Source: Callorhinchus milii (lineage: Eukaryota). From it: a DNA stretch of 60,000 bases. The notes beneath the pieces are model-generated. The model searched no databases. It was not told the origin of the DNA and saw only the letters and a program-made list of their open reading frames with translations. Position 1 is the first letter of the stretch. Every line of letters begins with the position of its first letter. Where the stretch lies: NCBI RefSeq assembly GCF_018977255.1, contig NW_024704742.1, forward strand, positions 31,932,001-31,992,000, written 5' to 3'. Positions 1-13,519 of this stretch are shown in pieces. The position numbers were made by a program, and so were the translations under genes.

Positions 1-480
1 TTGCAGAACATCCACCACACTGATCACCCCCATCACAGCATCCATCTGCTTTTTAAATGAGTCCAGCGTCCTGGCCTCTACCACCTTTCCTGGCAACCTG
101 TACCAGTCGGTGATTACCCTCTGAGTAAAGAAAACCTTCCTTGTATCCATTCTGAAACTCTCCTATTCTCCTCTTAAACCCCTCTGTTCCCTTTCACTCG
201 TGTATGGTTCAAATTTTCTCTTAAAAACAGCGATTCAATTTGCTTCAACCACAACTTCCGGCAGTGAGTTCCACAGTCTCATCACCCTCTCTTAAATTAT
301 TTACAGATCTACTACTGACTCTCTTACCTTTATGCCCTTTAGTTTTGGAAACATCTCATCACCTGATTAAATCCTTTTTATCTTAAACACCCTCTTTCAG
401 GTCCCCTACCTCAACTCTTGCGAGAAAATCTCTAACCTACCTTTCTTGATTGCTGTATTCACTCATTCCTGGTAACATCC
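1..480 (-). mobile_element. Degenerate CR1 LINE 3' fragments
   Basis: Reverse complement resembles CR1 3' coding ends (FFTQRV..W motif region) also seen at 58780-58870. Confidence 0.55.
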
Positions 481-2076
481 TTGCTAATTACCCGTCCCTT
501 CACAAGATTATATGAATTTGTTTTGGATGAAGCCTGATCAGGTTATTTAAAATCCAAGCTTGGCTTCAGTTTTTTCTTCGTTTAGCTCACCCTCTCCTGT
601 CAAGAGTATGTCCACCTGTAGGCCTTGACCTTTCACTTGGAGTTCTCAATTTAAAATACAGCCGCTTAATCTCAGCCAACAGCTAAATGGGAAGAACCAG
701 GTTAAATCTCTTTTGTGAATCCTTCTGCAGCATGTACTGACTGTAATAAAATTCAGCATGTAGGAAGAATTTGGCCCTCAGATCCATATAATCAGGGGAA
801 TATCTTGAGACCATCCAATTTGGGATATTCATTATAAAGCAATTGAGAAAAACAGAGAGCCAAAATGTGGGATTTCTAAATAGGAAAATCTAATATGGAA
901 TGCCCTTTGGAATTCCAATGGGAATAGCATTCTGGAAATAGATTGATTGGGAGCGGAGTTCCCACGGGCAGGTGAGATGTCGTAATTCCCTGGTAAAGGG
1001 AAGAGAGGAAATCCAGTGATTTTCAGTGCTGTGACCCCTACAGTCAGTGCACTGCATATGGAGAAAACATATCTTACCGACAAAAGGGCCCACAATGCAA
1101 ACAGCATTTTCTCCAGGGAATCAATCCTTCATTCATCCTCCTTCAATGAAGTACAGGACTGGAGTGTCAGTCTAGACTTTGTGGCTCAAATTCCAGAATG
1201 GAGCTTAAACACACATCCCTCTGACCCAGCAGTGAGAATGCTACCAACTGAGCCATATTAATACTGATAATAATATTAGGAATACTTCGAAAACTAATAA
1301 CGACAAAATAAATGTGGTATGATTCAGGATTCCTTCCTATCCCCTGTTTTTATAGATGATCAGGTACTGATGTTTCCTATTATGCTGCTTTAAATCAAAT
1401 TGGAAACATATATATAAAAAGTCTGCAATGGGTAGAACTTCCAAATTTGTTGAAGTGATTGGTTTAGAAATTACAATCAAAGTTTTTTTTTAACACCATC
1501 CTAAAGCCAATTGCTTGAAATTATCTACATCTCTCCGACCTACTGCTTTGATGCGCTTTTCGTCATCTTTCCCCTCCCCACCCCACTATCCTCCGATCGC
1601 CAGCTCGGGTGCCAAGCCATTATTGTTAAGCACTTTGGGAAGTGCTCTGATGTAAAAGGCACTGTAAAAATTAAAATTTGTATTCCATTGCATTATAATA
1701 ATAATTGCATTTGATACAGCGCCTTATCACGTCGTTGAGACATCTCAAAGCACTTCACAGAATAAACTGTAAAGTGAATGTATATTTTGTGGGTGAATAA
1801 ATGACACCCTCAAGCAACTTAGTCTGGATTCATAACCCAAAAGAATAAACAGACCATGTTCATTTTTAAAGTGATTTTTCAATCATATTTCTGATTATCT
1901 GTATGTGGTTAATTAACTACCTATGTGATCATTCCTAGAGGAGAGGGTCCAAACTGTACAGGTCTTTAACCTATGGTTAAAATTCTATAACATTAAGACA
2001 GCTTTGGGCACATTCAGTTACAAGGTAAACTAAACGTGGATAATGTGCAAACGTATGGTGCAAACAGTTTGACCAA

Positions 2077-2463
2077 ATAATAATAATCCTTGCATTTGAT
2101 ATAGCGCCTTATCACGTCTTCGAGTTGTCTCAAAGCGCTTCACAAAATATACTGTAAAGTGAATTCACTGTATATTTTGTGGGAGAAATGCTGCAGCCAA
2201 TTGCAAACAGCTGTGTCCCACAAACAGTCGTGGATTGAGTGACTGATTGAGTTACTTTTTTTAATTTCTTTTATTCTTGAAGGGGTTATTACCCCTGGAA
2301 AGTGAACCACCAATTGACTAACAATCGGGTTCCTGATTACGGCTAGATAAACCGAGGTGTGGGGGAGTAAGGAAACTTGCCTAAGGTTCGACCTGCCCAG
2401 GAATCAAACCCGGGTCCTCTTGCATGCGAGGCGAGTGCTCTAACCACTGAGCTACAGGACTCC
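2077..2463 (-). mobile_element. tRNA-derived SINE, long form (CORE-like + Deu-like body, ATT tail)
   Basis: Minus strand starts GGAGTCCTGTAGCTCAGTGGTTAGAGCACTCGCC with A/B boxes, carries the internal GTTTATCTAGCCGTAA segment and ends GCAAGG(ATT)n. Confidence 0.9.
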
Positions 2464-2935
2464 TAATGTTTTGAGAGCAAGTAATATTGTTTACAACAAC
2501 TTGCAATTATATTGCACCCTTCACACGGGGTAGTGTCTCAGAGTGCTTAGTGACGGAGTTTGATGCTGAGCAGGGAGGAGTGGGGAAGCAACGTAGACGT
2601 TCGAAAAGGAAGGTTTTTACAGGGTAATCTGAAGAAAGGGAAGGAAGAGGCAAGGAAAGTTGATATATTTGCATTCATTACATGTCATATGAGTTTCCAC
2701 ATATAGGTTTATAAAACTGTTGCACTGAATAATAATACAGGAACATAGACCACAAAAGATAAAGGACCAAAAAAGATCATAGCGATCCATCTAGCCTTGT
2801 TGGCTGTATGAGAGTAGCTGCTCAGTTAAGATATTCCACACCTCAAGGGGGAGGAAAGTTTGCAAAAGGAGAGATTGCACTGTTGGGATATTTGTTGTCT
2901 TGTAGAGTGTTGTCAAAGATTCTTATGTTCCTAGA

Positions 2936-3543
2936 CTAAGCTCCTGTATAATACAGCTTTTGGAAGGGTGGTCCACAAACTGGAAGCATCTGACCTCCCT
3001 AGAGAGGAGAATTACTTCCTTCTTTGGCCGTGGGCCACTCCTGGGATTTGGGGATCAAACATGTAGCAAAAGATGACTAGTGTTAGCGAACACCACATGA
3101 CCCAATCCCATATTCCACCTGTATGACCAACCCAAGGAGTTTATTGACTCAATTTATTTACAACATAACCCAGCACCTGGTCTCTGAAAATTTTAATTTA
3201 TGTGAAAAATTTCCATCAACTCCAAAGAGAATTCTTTGCCAGGTGCTGTGTGTAATAAAACACATCTGCAAACTGTGAAAAAGCAGCTGGTGTGGCCACT
3301 GGGAGTGCAGTCTGGTCTAATTGAGAGGGGACAGACTGGGAGTCGAGCTGCCAGAAGGAACATAACATGTGAGTTAAACTAAAGGTGGAGAATGCATAAT
3401 TTTGTCCTATTGCTACATGTTTAATCCCCAAATTCCAGGAGTTACCCATGGCCAAAGAAGGTAGTAATTCTCTTGTCTAGGGAGACCAGATGCTTCCAGT
3501 TTGTGGACCACACTTCCAAAAGCTCTATTATACAACAGCTGAG
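2936..3543. repeat. Long inverted repeat (134-bp arms, ~340-bp spacer)
   Basis: 2936-3069 is the ungapped reverse complement of 3410-3543 with about 15 mismatches. Confidence 0.9.
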
Positions 3544-3654
3544 GTTGACAAGAGCCAAGGCTTGGGACCCCAGAGTGCGCGTTGGGTATTGCTGTACCCT
3601 ATTTTTGCTGTACAAAAGACCCTCAACTGTTTTTTCTTCCCCATGTCCTAGCCA

Positions 3655-4273
3655 TGACCTGCTCTGCCTTCCCTCACCTCCATAACATCGCCCGACTCCG
3701 CCACTACCTCACCCCTCAGGCTGCTGAAACTCTTGTTCATGCCTTCATCACTCCAGGCTCAACTATGCAAACACCCTACTTATCGGCCTTCCCAACTCCT
3801 CCCTCCACAGGCTGCAGATAATCCAGAACTCTGCAGCCCATGTCCTCTCCCGCACCAAACTCCGTGACCCCATCTCCCCATTCTCGCCCGACTCCATTGG
3901 CTCACTATCCTTCAGAGGATCCAATTCAAGGTCCTGGTCCTCGCATACAAAGCCCTCCATGGCCTCGCCCCACTCTACCTCTGCGACCTCCTAACCCCCT
4001 ACCAACCCAACCGTTCTCTCCGCTTAGCCAGCTTCGGCCTGCTCCACGTCCCCCAATCCACTCGCCCCACCATTGGCGGGAGAGCCTTCAGCCACTCTGC
4101 CCCCAACCTCTGGAATTCCATTCCTCAATCACTCCACCTCGCCCCCTCCTTAGCCTCCTTCAAGTCCCGCCTAAAAACCCTACTCTTCAACCATGCCATC
4201 AGTCACACCCCTTCCCCTCCCCTCCATTCTCCCTCCCAAATGTAATCTTGTTGTTGTTGTTGTTGTTGTTGTT
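3655..4273 (+). mobile_element. L2 LINE 3' fragment
   Basis: Translates in pieces to L2 ORF2 C-terminus (NIARLRHYLTPQAAETLVHAFIT, IQNSAA, HW); C-rich 3' UTR; (TTG)n tail. Confidence 0.9.
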
Positions 4274-4754
4274 GGTGGAGTCTAACCAGCTAAAGTGTAA
4301 CATTGAGTGGGGACAGGCTGGGAGTGGGGTTGGATGCAACAATATGTATAGACCATCTAGAAGCATTACTGAGATGGTCTGCGCCACTTTGATCAGAGCT
4401 GGTAGGATATTCAAATTATTTATCCCTACTCAACACAACTGAGTAATATCTTACCCATAACATCCTATGCTGTATGAGAATATTTAATCCGTAAGAACAT
4501 CCCTTTTATACAACTCTACAAGAGTTTGATCCATTTGCTGTATTTTCAAGAATATTTGAACCACAAGGTGTATTTTAAGGGATATTTGATATATAATAAT
4601 ACCACCTATAAATATGTTTTAATGGACTGGTTAGAGGCACACGTCTCACAGTGACAATGGAAACAACTGGTCCAGCCACCGTCGTTTGTTTGCAGTAGTT
4701 GAGACAGAAGATGAAGGTATTAAAGTAATAATAATGATAATAATAATGTTAATC

Positions 4755-4890
4755 AACCTCTCCCTCTACGTTAACTCTGCCACTCCATGGTCACACCCTC
4801 GACCTGGTGATTACCCAGGGCCTCACTGTCTCGGACATGACCATCACTGATAAAGCCATCTAGGACTGTTATTTCATTTTCCGTAACTCT
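4755..4890 (+). mobile_element. L2 endonuclease-region fragment
   Basis: HGHTLDLVITQGL-like translation, similar to 28870-29000. Confidence 0.65.
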
Positions 4891-5142
4891 TCCATTGACT
4901 GGTCAAGGGTATCGATAGTAGCAGAAAAGGAGTTGTGGAGAATAGTTGTGGAGGAAGTTGGTAGTAATGAGACTAAGAGGAGGTGGAGACAATATATTTT
5001 TGAACAAAATACCTGGATGGTAGATTTATGAGGCCATAGTAGCTATGGAACCAACACCTTACAGAAGACACAAATTGTAAATCCACTCAGCAAGCCAGAG
5101 ATAATTTATAATCAAGTGCATCAAACAACTTGCACAGTTTGT

Positions 5143-5455
5143 GGAGTCCTGTAGCTCAGTGGTTAAAGCACTCTCCTCACAAGCAAGAGATCTGGGTTTG
5201 ATTCCCGGCAGAGCGAAATCTTGGGCAGGTTTCCTTACTCCACACGCCCGATAATAATTCCTCAAGAAAAAAGCAATAATAAATTGATCACTTCAATCCA
5301 CAACTGTTTGTGGGACACTGCTGTATGCAATTGGCTGCTGAGTTTCGCTCACAAATATACATCAATTCACTTTACAGTATATTCTGTGAAGCGCTTTGGG
5401 ACATCTAGAAAACATGCAAGGATATATCATATGCAAGGATTATTATTATTATTAT
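5143..5455 (+). mobile_element. tRNA-derived SINE, short form
   Basis: GGAGTCCTGTAGCTCAGTGG head, Deu-like TGTGGGACACTGCTGT..AATTGGCTG body, (ATT)n tail. Confidence 0.92.
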
Positions 5456-6759
5456 TTGCAAACTTGCGCCCACCTTTGGAACTCCATTCCACAGTCCCTT
5501 CGCCTTGCTCCCTCTCTTGCCTCCTTCAAGGCATGTCTGAAGATCTTCCTCTTCATTCGCGCCAATTGCACACATGGCATGCTGTACCCTGAATTGGCAT
5601 TTGCAGTAAAACGATGACTGACCTTTCCCAGGGAGAGGTTGTGTGCTTTAAATATGGATCCCATAACTTACATCAGCCTGCTAACCTGAATCATGGTCTT
5701 GGGTTATGCAAGTCCATTTTAATAGAGCACTAATAATAATTCGTACATTTGGTATAGCGCCTTTTCATGTCAGTTCCATTCACTTCACAGATGATTTAAT
5801 TCTGAAGTACCTTTGCTAAGCTCTCAGTATATCATAGTTTACAGTATGGTTCTAAGGCCCTATTGTGTGGTAAATCTGCAAAATTTATATAACAGTATAT
5901 CACAATTTCCAAGTTGGATATTTGGCATTTGTTGATAGCTTCATTCAGCTTGTTCAGAACACTTTAACACACTGACCAGACTCTGAAATTCTCATAAATC
6001 CCTTCTATTTTGTTAAATTAATTGGTTAATTCCTTCATGATTGTTTGGGGACATTGTTGTGTGCAAATTGGCTGCCATATTTGCCTACACTGTCACTTCA
6101 CTTTACAGTAGCTGTTATGAAGAGCTTCAAGACATCCTACTGATGTGAAAGGTGCAATATCACCTCTTGGCACTATGAGATATTTTGATGGTGCATGCCC
6201 TCTGAAGGATAACACCTGCACCAATGAAACACACACTCAGCCCTCCGATTGAGTGTCAGAATATTTGGGTTTCAAATCCTGACGTCCCATAACCTTTTGA
6301 CTGAGAGATGAGAGTCCTACCAGCTGAGCCAGGTTGACACACATTTTATCTGCATTATAGTGCAGGACATAACATAAGGCCACTGTTCCAATGAATTACT
6401 GTGAAGAATATATTCACCACTTCATACATTTACATGATCATTTACACATTTCAGTAGGGAATGCAAAGCAAAACAAATGTATGCAAATGTTACCTCAATT
6501 GATCTTAACAGCTCAGTGGTTGAATGCATATTATAATAGGACACATAAATACAGATCAAGCAAATCTGAAATATCATGAAGTAATGAAATGTTACATTTA
6601 GTCTGTGGCTCCTGCTTTGGAAAGAGGAGTTCCTAACCACTACCCATCACGAGATAGAACTGTGTGTTTATTGATAGGGTCAAAGCTCATGTGTGAAATG
6701 ACCATTTGGCCAACTGATTGCCTCACTCATAAAGAGCAGCCCCCAGCATTAGCCGCTGA

Positions 6760-7062
6760 GGAGTCCTGTAGCTCAGTGGTTAGAGCACTCGCCTCACAAG
6801 CGAGAGACCTGGGTTTGATTCCTGGCAGGGCGAAATTTTGGGCAAGTTTCCTTACTCCACACGCCCAATAATAATCCCTTAAGAAAAAAAAAAAATTGGT
6901 CACTTCAATCCACGACTGTGGGACACTGCTGTGCACAATTGGCTGCCGCATTTCGCCCACAAATATACAGATGTACAGTCAATTCACTTTATATTCTGTG
7001 AAGCGTTTTAAGACGTCTAGATAATGTGAAAAGTGCTATATCAAATGCAAGGATTATCATTA
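6760..7062 (+). mobile_element. tRNA-derived SINE, short form
   Basis: Same head, body and tail as 5143-5455. Confidence 0.92.
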
Positions 7063-7459
7063 CTTCAGAGACTGGGATGGGTTACAGTAATTGAGAATTG
7101 CATATTCACTGTTCATAATGTAAATTTTCCTAATATACATTGTCTGCTCCTGTTGACCTTCACCAGGTTCATGGAGAAGTCATTACAGTCAGCTATTGTT
7201 CATGTTGACTCGCATTACAATCTCTCAAGTATTGAAAATATTTCCTGATTGAAAGTAGATGGAGTCAGAATCTGCTGAGCATAATTGACATTTGACCTCA
7301 AGTGTGTCCCTCTAGTCCTGGGCAGAGACTGGGCTGCCTTTGTTACTCAGTTTGAATGAATATATTAGATTAATAACATAAGTGGTTTGCTGAGAGACAA
7401 GCAATGTATATTTGCAGAAATAAGGACTCAAATGCAAAAAAAGCCTTTGACACATCAAG

Positions 7460-7945
7460 CCCACTCTACTAAAGATTGTGGGTTCAAGCCCCACATCAGG
7501 ACTTTGAACTCAAAGTCTAGGCTGATTCCAGTGCTCCAGTGCTGGGGGCCGCACTGTTATATCATCTGCTTTTCCGTACTTTCTTCGAATAGTCACCTTC
7601 AAACATTTCCACAAACCATATCTGGAATGGGTGTGCTGTATTGTTGTTGTCCTGCAGATGAGACATTAAACCAAGGCTCCGTCTGCCTGTTTACATGGAC
7701 GTTAAAGATTCAATCGCACTGTTTGAAAAGAGAAGGACGTTTCTCTCAATGTTCTGGCTAACAATCCCCCAGATAAAATTGATTACTCACTTTATGGCTG
7801 TTTGTGGGACATTGCTATCTGCAAATTGGTTGCTGCAGTTGCCTGTAATTGCACAGTCACTACACTTCACAGAAGAATCCTACAATGTGTTTTGAGATGT
7901 CTCGAAGACATGATAATGCATTCTATCAAGTTGAAAGATTATCAA
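7460..7945 (+). mobile_element. Older DeuSINE (SacSINE1/AmnSINE-like)
   Basis: GTGGGTTCAAGCCCC tRNA-like head, GATGAGACATTAAACCAAGG..GACGTTAAAGAT Deu domain, L2-like tail. Confidence 0.75.
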
Positions 7946-8845
7946 TATGCTACACTATATATTATTAATAAATATACTCTATTAATGATTTTTTGTTTTC
8001 ATCAGAGCACTGATTTCCTGGTGGAAAAGCTTTGCATAATTTGCAGAATTTGCCTTAATTCCAAAGGCAATCAGCCATAAAATCCAGAATATTTTCCAAC
8101 ATCAAATTTCCACTGTTTAATCCTTGTCTCCTCTCTTCCTCAGATATCATTCCTTCCCCCTTCCAGCACTGTGCTTGGGTTTGGACATCAGGTCACATAA
8201 AACAAAGGACTTGATTCTTATAGTGCCTTATCATGTCAAAATGTCTCAAGGTGCTTCACAGGGAATTACTCTGAAGTATAGTGACTGTACTTATTTGCAA
8301 ACATTTGCTCCTTTAAGATCCCACAAACAGTCATGAAGTCATTGCCCAATTTTATCGGAGAGGTTGTTGGCAAAAACACTAGGAGAAACTCCCTAGATTT
8401 ATTCAAGTACTGTCACAGTGTCACACCAGAGTGCTATAGTGCTTAAATGTCCATCTGAAGGCAGACGGACGGATGGAGAGGCAAACGGGCAGGTGGGCAG
8501 GCAGGCAGGCAGAAGATAAGACAAGGACTTTGCCTCATGTGAAGACAACACCTCTTAACATTGCAAAGTTCCCCAGATGCAGACACAGGAGTGAATACCA
8601 ACTGAGCACACACTCAGCATACTAAATCTTAGTGTGAAAAATATGATTTATAACAGATTGGATCATCACATCGGATTTGTTACAAAACATTACACATTTC
8701 ATCCATACATTATAACACAATGGTTTAGGTCTATAAAATCAGACCATGTGTGACAATTGGACATGTTACAAATGGAGCTGCCAAGCAGCACTTCAGGGTT
8801 GTCAGGGCACAATTGCTGTCACTTCCAGTTTCGGTGATGACTGAC

Positions 8846-8940
8846 CAGCTTCCTCAACACAGGAAGCCAGCGTGCAAGCGCCCCTGGGAACATTTTTAAC
8901 GGTTGCTAAAATGCCAGTGACGGTGGGATTCCCTCTACAT
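8846..8940 (-). other. Candidate internal exon (95 nt)
   Basis: Minus-strand acceptor TTCTTCTTGTTTGTGGTGCGCAG and donor TG/GTCAGT in non-repeat DNA. Confidence 0.25.
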
Positions 8941-10579
8941 CTGCGCACCACAAACAAGAAGAATAGATACAGAGAAAAACTTCACAGTGACTTAAAAATG
9001 TTTGTAATCATCCACCACATAAAGTACCAGAGGCAAAACTATCAGGGCTCCTTAAAATACAATCAGGTTCCACGATAATAAATATTCTTGCATTTGGTGG
9101 AGCATCTTTCATGTCAGTAGGACGTTCCAAAGCTCTTCACAGGACACAGTGTAAAGTGGAGTGACTGTGTATTTTTTGGGTGAACGAAGCAGCCAATTTT
9201 GCACTCAGAAATATCCCACAAACAGCTATGGAATGAATGATCAGTTCTTTAGAATGGGAGAATTAACACAGTAGCATCTGATATCTTTCAATGGCTGGCA
9301 TTTGAATCTTCCCAACATATATGGAAATTTGTTTTCACCCGTTTCCGGCAGGTAGAAAAAAAATTGTACTTCAGTTGTCTTATTCCACACTGCCATGCTT
9401 GTGTTCTCTGCAACATTGAAATGTGACAACAAAAATCTCTCCTTTCTGTCCCCTTCTGAACCTAATGCTGATACCGTATGTATAAGTGAGAAGCAGAAAA
9501 TAAAAGCAGAATAAAAAGTGTGTTAGACAATTCAATCTTTTTCTCAATGCTTTGGACATTATTTTCACATGTAGCATTTCCAAGTCCATCAACTATGAAA
9601 CATCCTATTTATCTCTGAGGCCAGAACCAAGTGAATCAGTTTGTCACTGCTCAGAGCTTTCTCACTACGTTGTTTAGTTGTTTATTTCAGGAAAAATATG
9701 TTGCAATAAATTACTGGCATAATCTTCAAAACAGACTGTTTAGAGTAAAGTCAGGTATCTACAGCCATCTGTAACCATCACAATGTTTTATCCAGTGGGC
9801 ATTTGTACAGCACTTGGTTTATGTATATAGTTCTATTGTGTGACTGCTACAACATATCAGGGACTTTGTGGTCGTGCAGAGCTTCCTCTGCTATCAGATC
9901 TCCACTCGAATGAATGGAAAGCTTATTTTATGATTAAAGATGTGCTCATTGACCACTATCTCAAATGGAGAGATGCTCCAATTCCTGATGGAGGTTGTTA
10001 TGTGCTGCAGAGACGTGGAAGGAAGTCTTTTTTTTCAAACAGAAACAAAACACAGTGCTGTCTTTCTCCAAACGCACCCATATTTTTGTTCCGATTGATA
10101 ACATAAGATCAGGTATAAGGGCAGAATAAACGTATTTGCTGAGAGAGAAAAAATCTCCCACAAGAAAGCGAGAAGACAGATTCATGGCTGCACTGGTAGA
10201 GATCAGTCAGAGATTAATTCTTTTAAAAGATCAACTGTTAATGTTATCAAAATTCTTTAATAAAAAACAGTACCTAGCAACATTTTCATAAGTACAGTGG
10301 TATCATTGCATCAGACTGCAGATCAAAGCGGGCCCAATCCACATGTTAGATCTTTAGCACTGCTTTTGATATTTTGCATTTGCTTTTACTGCACAACCAT
10401 CGATATTCGCTGCTGTTGCCTTGTCAGTTTGATCTGAACAACATCCTCTCAGTGTCCTTCTTGACATTCAACACCAGTTGTTTATCTCATTTCAATTGGT
10501 AGGACATTGCCCCAGCCACAAAGCCACTTGGAACAAAGCCAACGGTTATGAGTAACTGAGCCATTCATTCAGTTGAACT

Positions 10580-10820
10580 CCATCCCACAATCTCTCCACC
10601 TCGCTCCCTCCCTTGCCTCCTTCAAGGTATGTCTCAAGACCCTTTTCTTCGACTGCACCTTTGGCCACCCTCCTACCCTCTCTGCCCTCCACCCTCCCTG
10701 ATCCCAACTCCCCTCCACTGCCCCTCCCCAGCTTGGGTCCAAATCCCTGACTGTCCAGCACCTTGGGACAACCTCCCGACATGAAAGGCGCTATACAAAT
10801 GCAATTTTGTATTGTATTCA
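10580..10820 (+). mobile_element. L2 3' end fragment
   Basis: CCTCCTTCAAGG..TTCTTCGAC, C-rich UTR, terminal GGGACAACCTCCCGACATGAAAGGCGCTAT stem-loop. Confidence 0.85.
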
Positions 10821-11049
10821 TTAGGAATTTGTTAGGAATTTTAAGCTTAAGATATCTTCACAATATCACAAGACAGGCTTGGATGATGAAAGCCCTTTCA
10901 GCTCACTTGAACTCACCCTTCCAGTATACATACTCACCATGGCATGAATTTATTTTTTATAATCAGTCTTGCATCCTGGCCTCAGCCATCCTTCCCAGTA
11001 ACCCTGGTTCCAGTGTTTAATTAGGCTCTGGGTGAAAAATAAAATAGAA

Positions 11050-11315
11050 GCAATTTTATTTGGGGGATTGTTGACCAGGACACCAGGCGAAACTCCCTTC
11101 TCTTTTCAAATGAAACCATGGGATCTTTAACATCCACTTGACCAAGACTTCAGCTTAACATCTCATCCAAAGGACAGCAAAAATGTAGCACACCCCCAAC
11201 ATTGTATTGGAGTGTCAGCCTAGACTATATGGGTTCCAAGTCCTACCTTGGGGTTTGAACCCCCAACTTCTGACTCAGAGGCGAGAGCGCTACCAACTAA
11301 GCCAGGCTGACACAG
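11050..11315 (-). mobile_element. DeuSINE 5' half
   Basis: Minus strand TGTGTCAGCCTGGCTTAGTTGGTAGCGCTCTCGCCTCTGAGTCAGAAG head plus Deu domain. Confidence 0.8.
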
Positions 11316-11783
11316 AATGCTGAATTACCGGTAGAATTGTACTGTGCACTCACCACCTTAAACAGAGGAACTAGATTTAGCCTCAATTGCAGAGTCATCG
11401 GAGAAAGAGGAATTTCACTCTATTACTGTAGTTTGGATTATATTCAAACTCAGGTCCCAGAGGTAGAAGTTTAGACAAGGATTAATACTAGTGCTGTCTC
11501 CAATGTTACCACATCTAAACTGTTCCAATGAGCTACAGCAAAATACATTACCCCAAATAAAGTGGAATTTTATTGACTAATGTGTATTAAATTGCTTGGA
11601 ATTTTTTGCCAGACTCAGAGTACAATGTTTTGTGTTTGCATCAATGTTCCCTTTGAGACCTGAAGGATATTTTCACTTTCCAAACTGGCCAGCACTTTAC
11701 TTGCATTCGCATCTGCCAAAATAAATGTCTGTAAATTTCTGTGGGCTTTATAAAGTGAGCTTAGAAAATGTGAAGTGGTTACA

Positions 11784-12970
11784 TTAACCCTTGGGGCACC
11801 ATGGAAAATATTTATCAGGATTTGGTGTAGTCGAAAAATCGTGGTTAATGTCCAACTATTATTGTGATAAACAACAAAAATATAATACTCCTACTGAATT
11901 TTGTTTTTGACCAGCTGGGTGTCTGACACATGCGGAAATCCATCACTAGGCCTAAAAGTATCCAAACCAAGCTGAGATTTCCATGCATCCCACCTCCACA
12001 TGAAATCCCAGAGATAGATTGTTGGAATGGAATGCACACTATCTCCCCGGAGGGATGTGTCCTGCTAATCTAATTCCGGAGTATATTAGGCGCAGGTTGG
12101 CAAGACACAAAGTATGGGGACCCCAGAGTGTGCGTTGGAACTGCTGAATTCTAACCAGCTAAAACCAGCTAAAATCAGATAGCTTGCCATTGATATGGCT
12201 GTCTGACGACTTACTGAACATGCAACCAAGCAACTCTGGTTAGCCACTGTGTACATTCCTGGTTGGTTCGAGATAAGGAAGCTGCCCAGGTCCTGTAGCC
12301 AGTGCAGAGGAGAGCATCAAAGCTAATACTCAGAGGGATTAACTATGAGGAACAACTGGAAAAGCTAGGGCTCTACATCACTGAAAAGAGACATCTCCAA
12401 GAGGCTCCTATGGGGCACTTCTTAATGGCCCCGTGGGCCTGAGAGCCAGTGGTTGGCCACCACTGCTATTGCGTTACATAAGGTGCTAAATAGGGTAGAG
12501 AAAATGATCCCAGAACAACACCTTCATACTGTACTTTCAGCAGAACAAGAGGACACAAGTTTAAGGTTGCAAAAAGCAATTTCAGGACAAACATTTCCAG
12601 TTGCAGCCTGTAACCTGTTCCAGTCAAGAATTAACCTCAGGGTATTTCTTAACCCTAAGGTTAATTCTTGACTGGAACACATTACAGAGAATGGTGGTTG
12701 AATCCAGGTTGCTTTAATGCGAGACATGAAAGTGGGTGTTTGAAGGATGAAGTCAAACAGGCCATTGGGTTTTCTTCATCTGAATATCTTGCGAACTTGC
12801 ACCAGTACCAAAACGTGATTTGGTGTGGTGCAAAGTGGTGGTTGATGTCCAACTAATATTGAGATAAACAACAAAAAATGGAATACACAAACTGAACATG
12901 CAGCAAACCAGAACCAATCAACCCACAGCAACGGGATTCTCCATAGATCTGCTGGCAGTCTAAGGGTTAA
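11784..12970. mobile_element. Candidate non-autonomous piggyBac-like element (contains unclassified family A and a CR1 fragment)
   Basis: Bounded by TTAA-CCCTT (11784) and AAGGG-TTAA (12970); ~90-bp internal direct repeat at 11815-11900 and 12815-12900. Confidence 0.35.
12305..12785 (+). mobile_element. CR1 3' fragment with hAT-like MITE remnant
   Basis: GLxYEEQLEKLGLY-like translation; GGTTGGCCACCACTG hAT-type terminus near 12450-12465. Confidence 0.6.
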
Positions 12971-13519
12971 CTTGAAGCATTCTCCAGCGATCCAACCCAC
13001 GGATATGTGATCAAAATTAGTTCTGCTAGCAGCTGGAACTTTTTTGGTAAATTTGTTTTATTATTCTAGTAGTAAGCATTCCTGAGGAATCCTGCACGGC
13101 CCCATAAAATCATGGGGGCTGTTGAAACCAGGAGAAAATACCTGTGTCAGCAGGAGTTTGGAAGTTGGCCACATGGGCAACCAGAGATAAAACATGTGTC
13201 TTCCATTCAGAGCATGAGATTGGGCTTGAAATGTGGTCTATTGGAAAAGAAGAGGCACAAAGCTGCATAGGATGTTGCACTCAGTAAGTCATTTGCTATA
13301 ACTTGGGAAATGCTTGCTGTCAGATAAATTTTGGGATATTTGCGTTGGATCCAAATATCATGAAATTTAGTTGATTGCAAACATTTCAGGTTAACAGGTA
13401 ATAAATATCCTTTCTGGCTCAAATGTTGAGAAAACTCTGAGTGATTTGGATGAATCCAGTGCCCTTGACACTTCCATATTGTGTTCTTGCTGGGCAAACT
13501 GGAAAAGGCTTTATGAGAG

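Noticed and set aside
3840..4442. 200-aa proline-rich ORF with poly-Leu
   Set aside because: Off-frame reading of C-rich L2 sequence and the (TTG)n tail.
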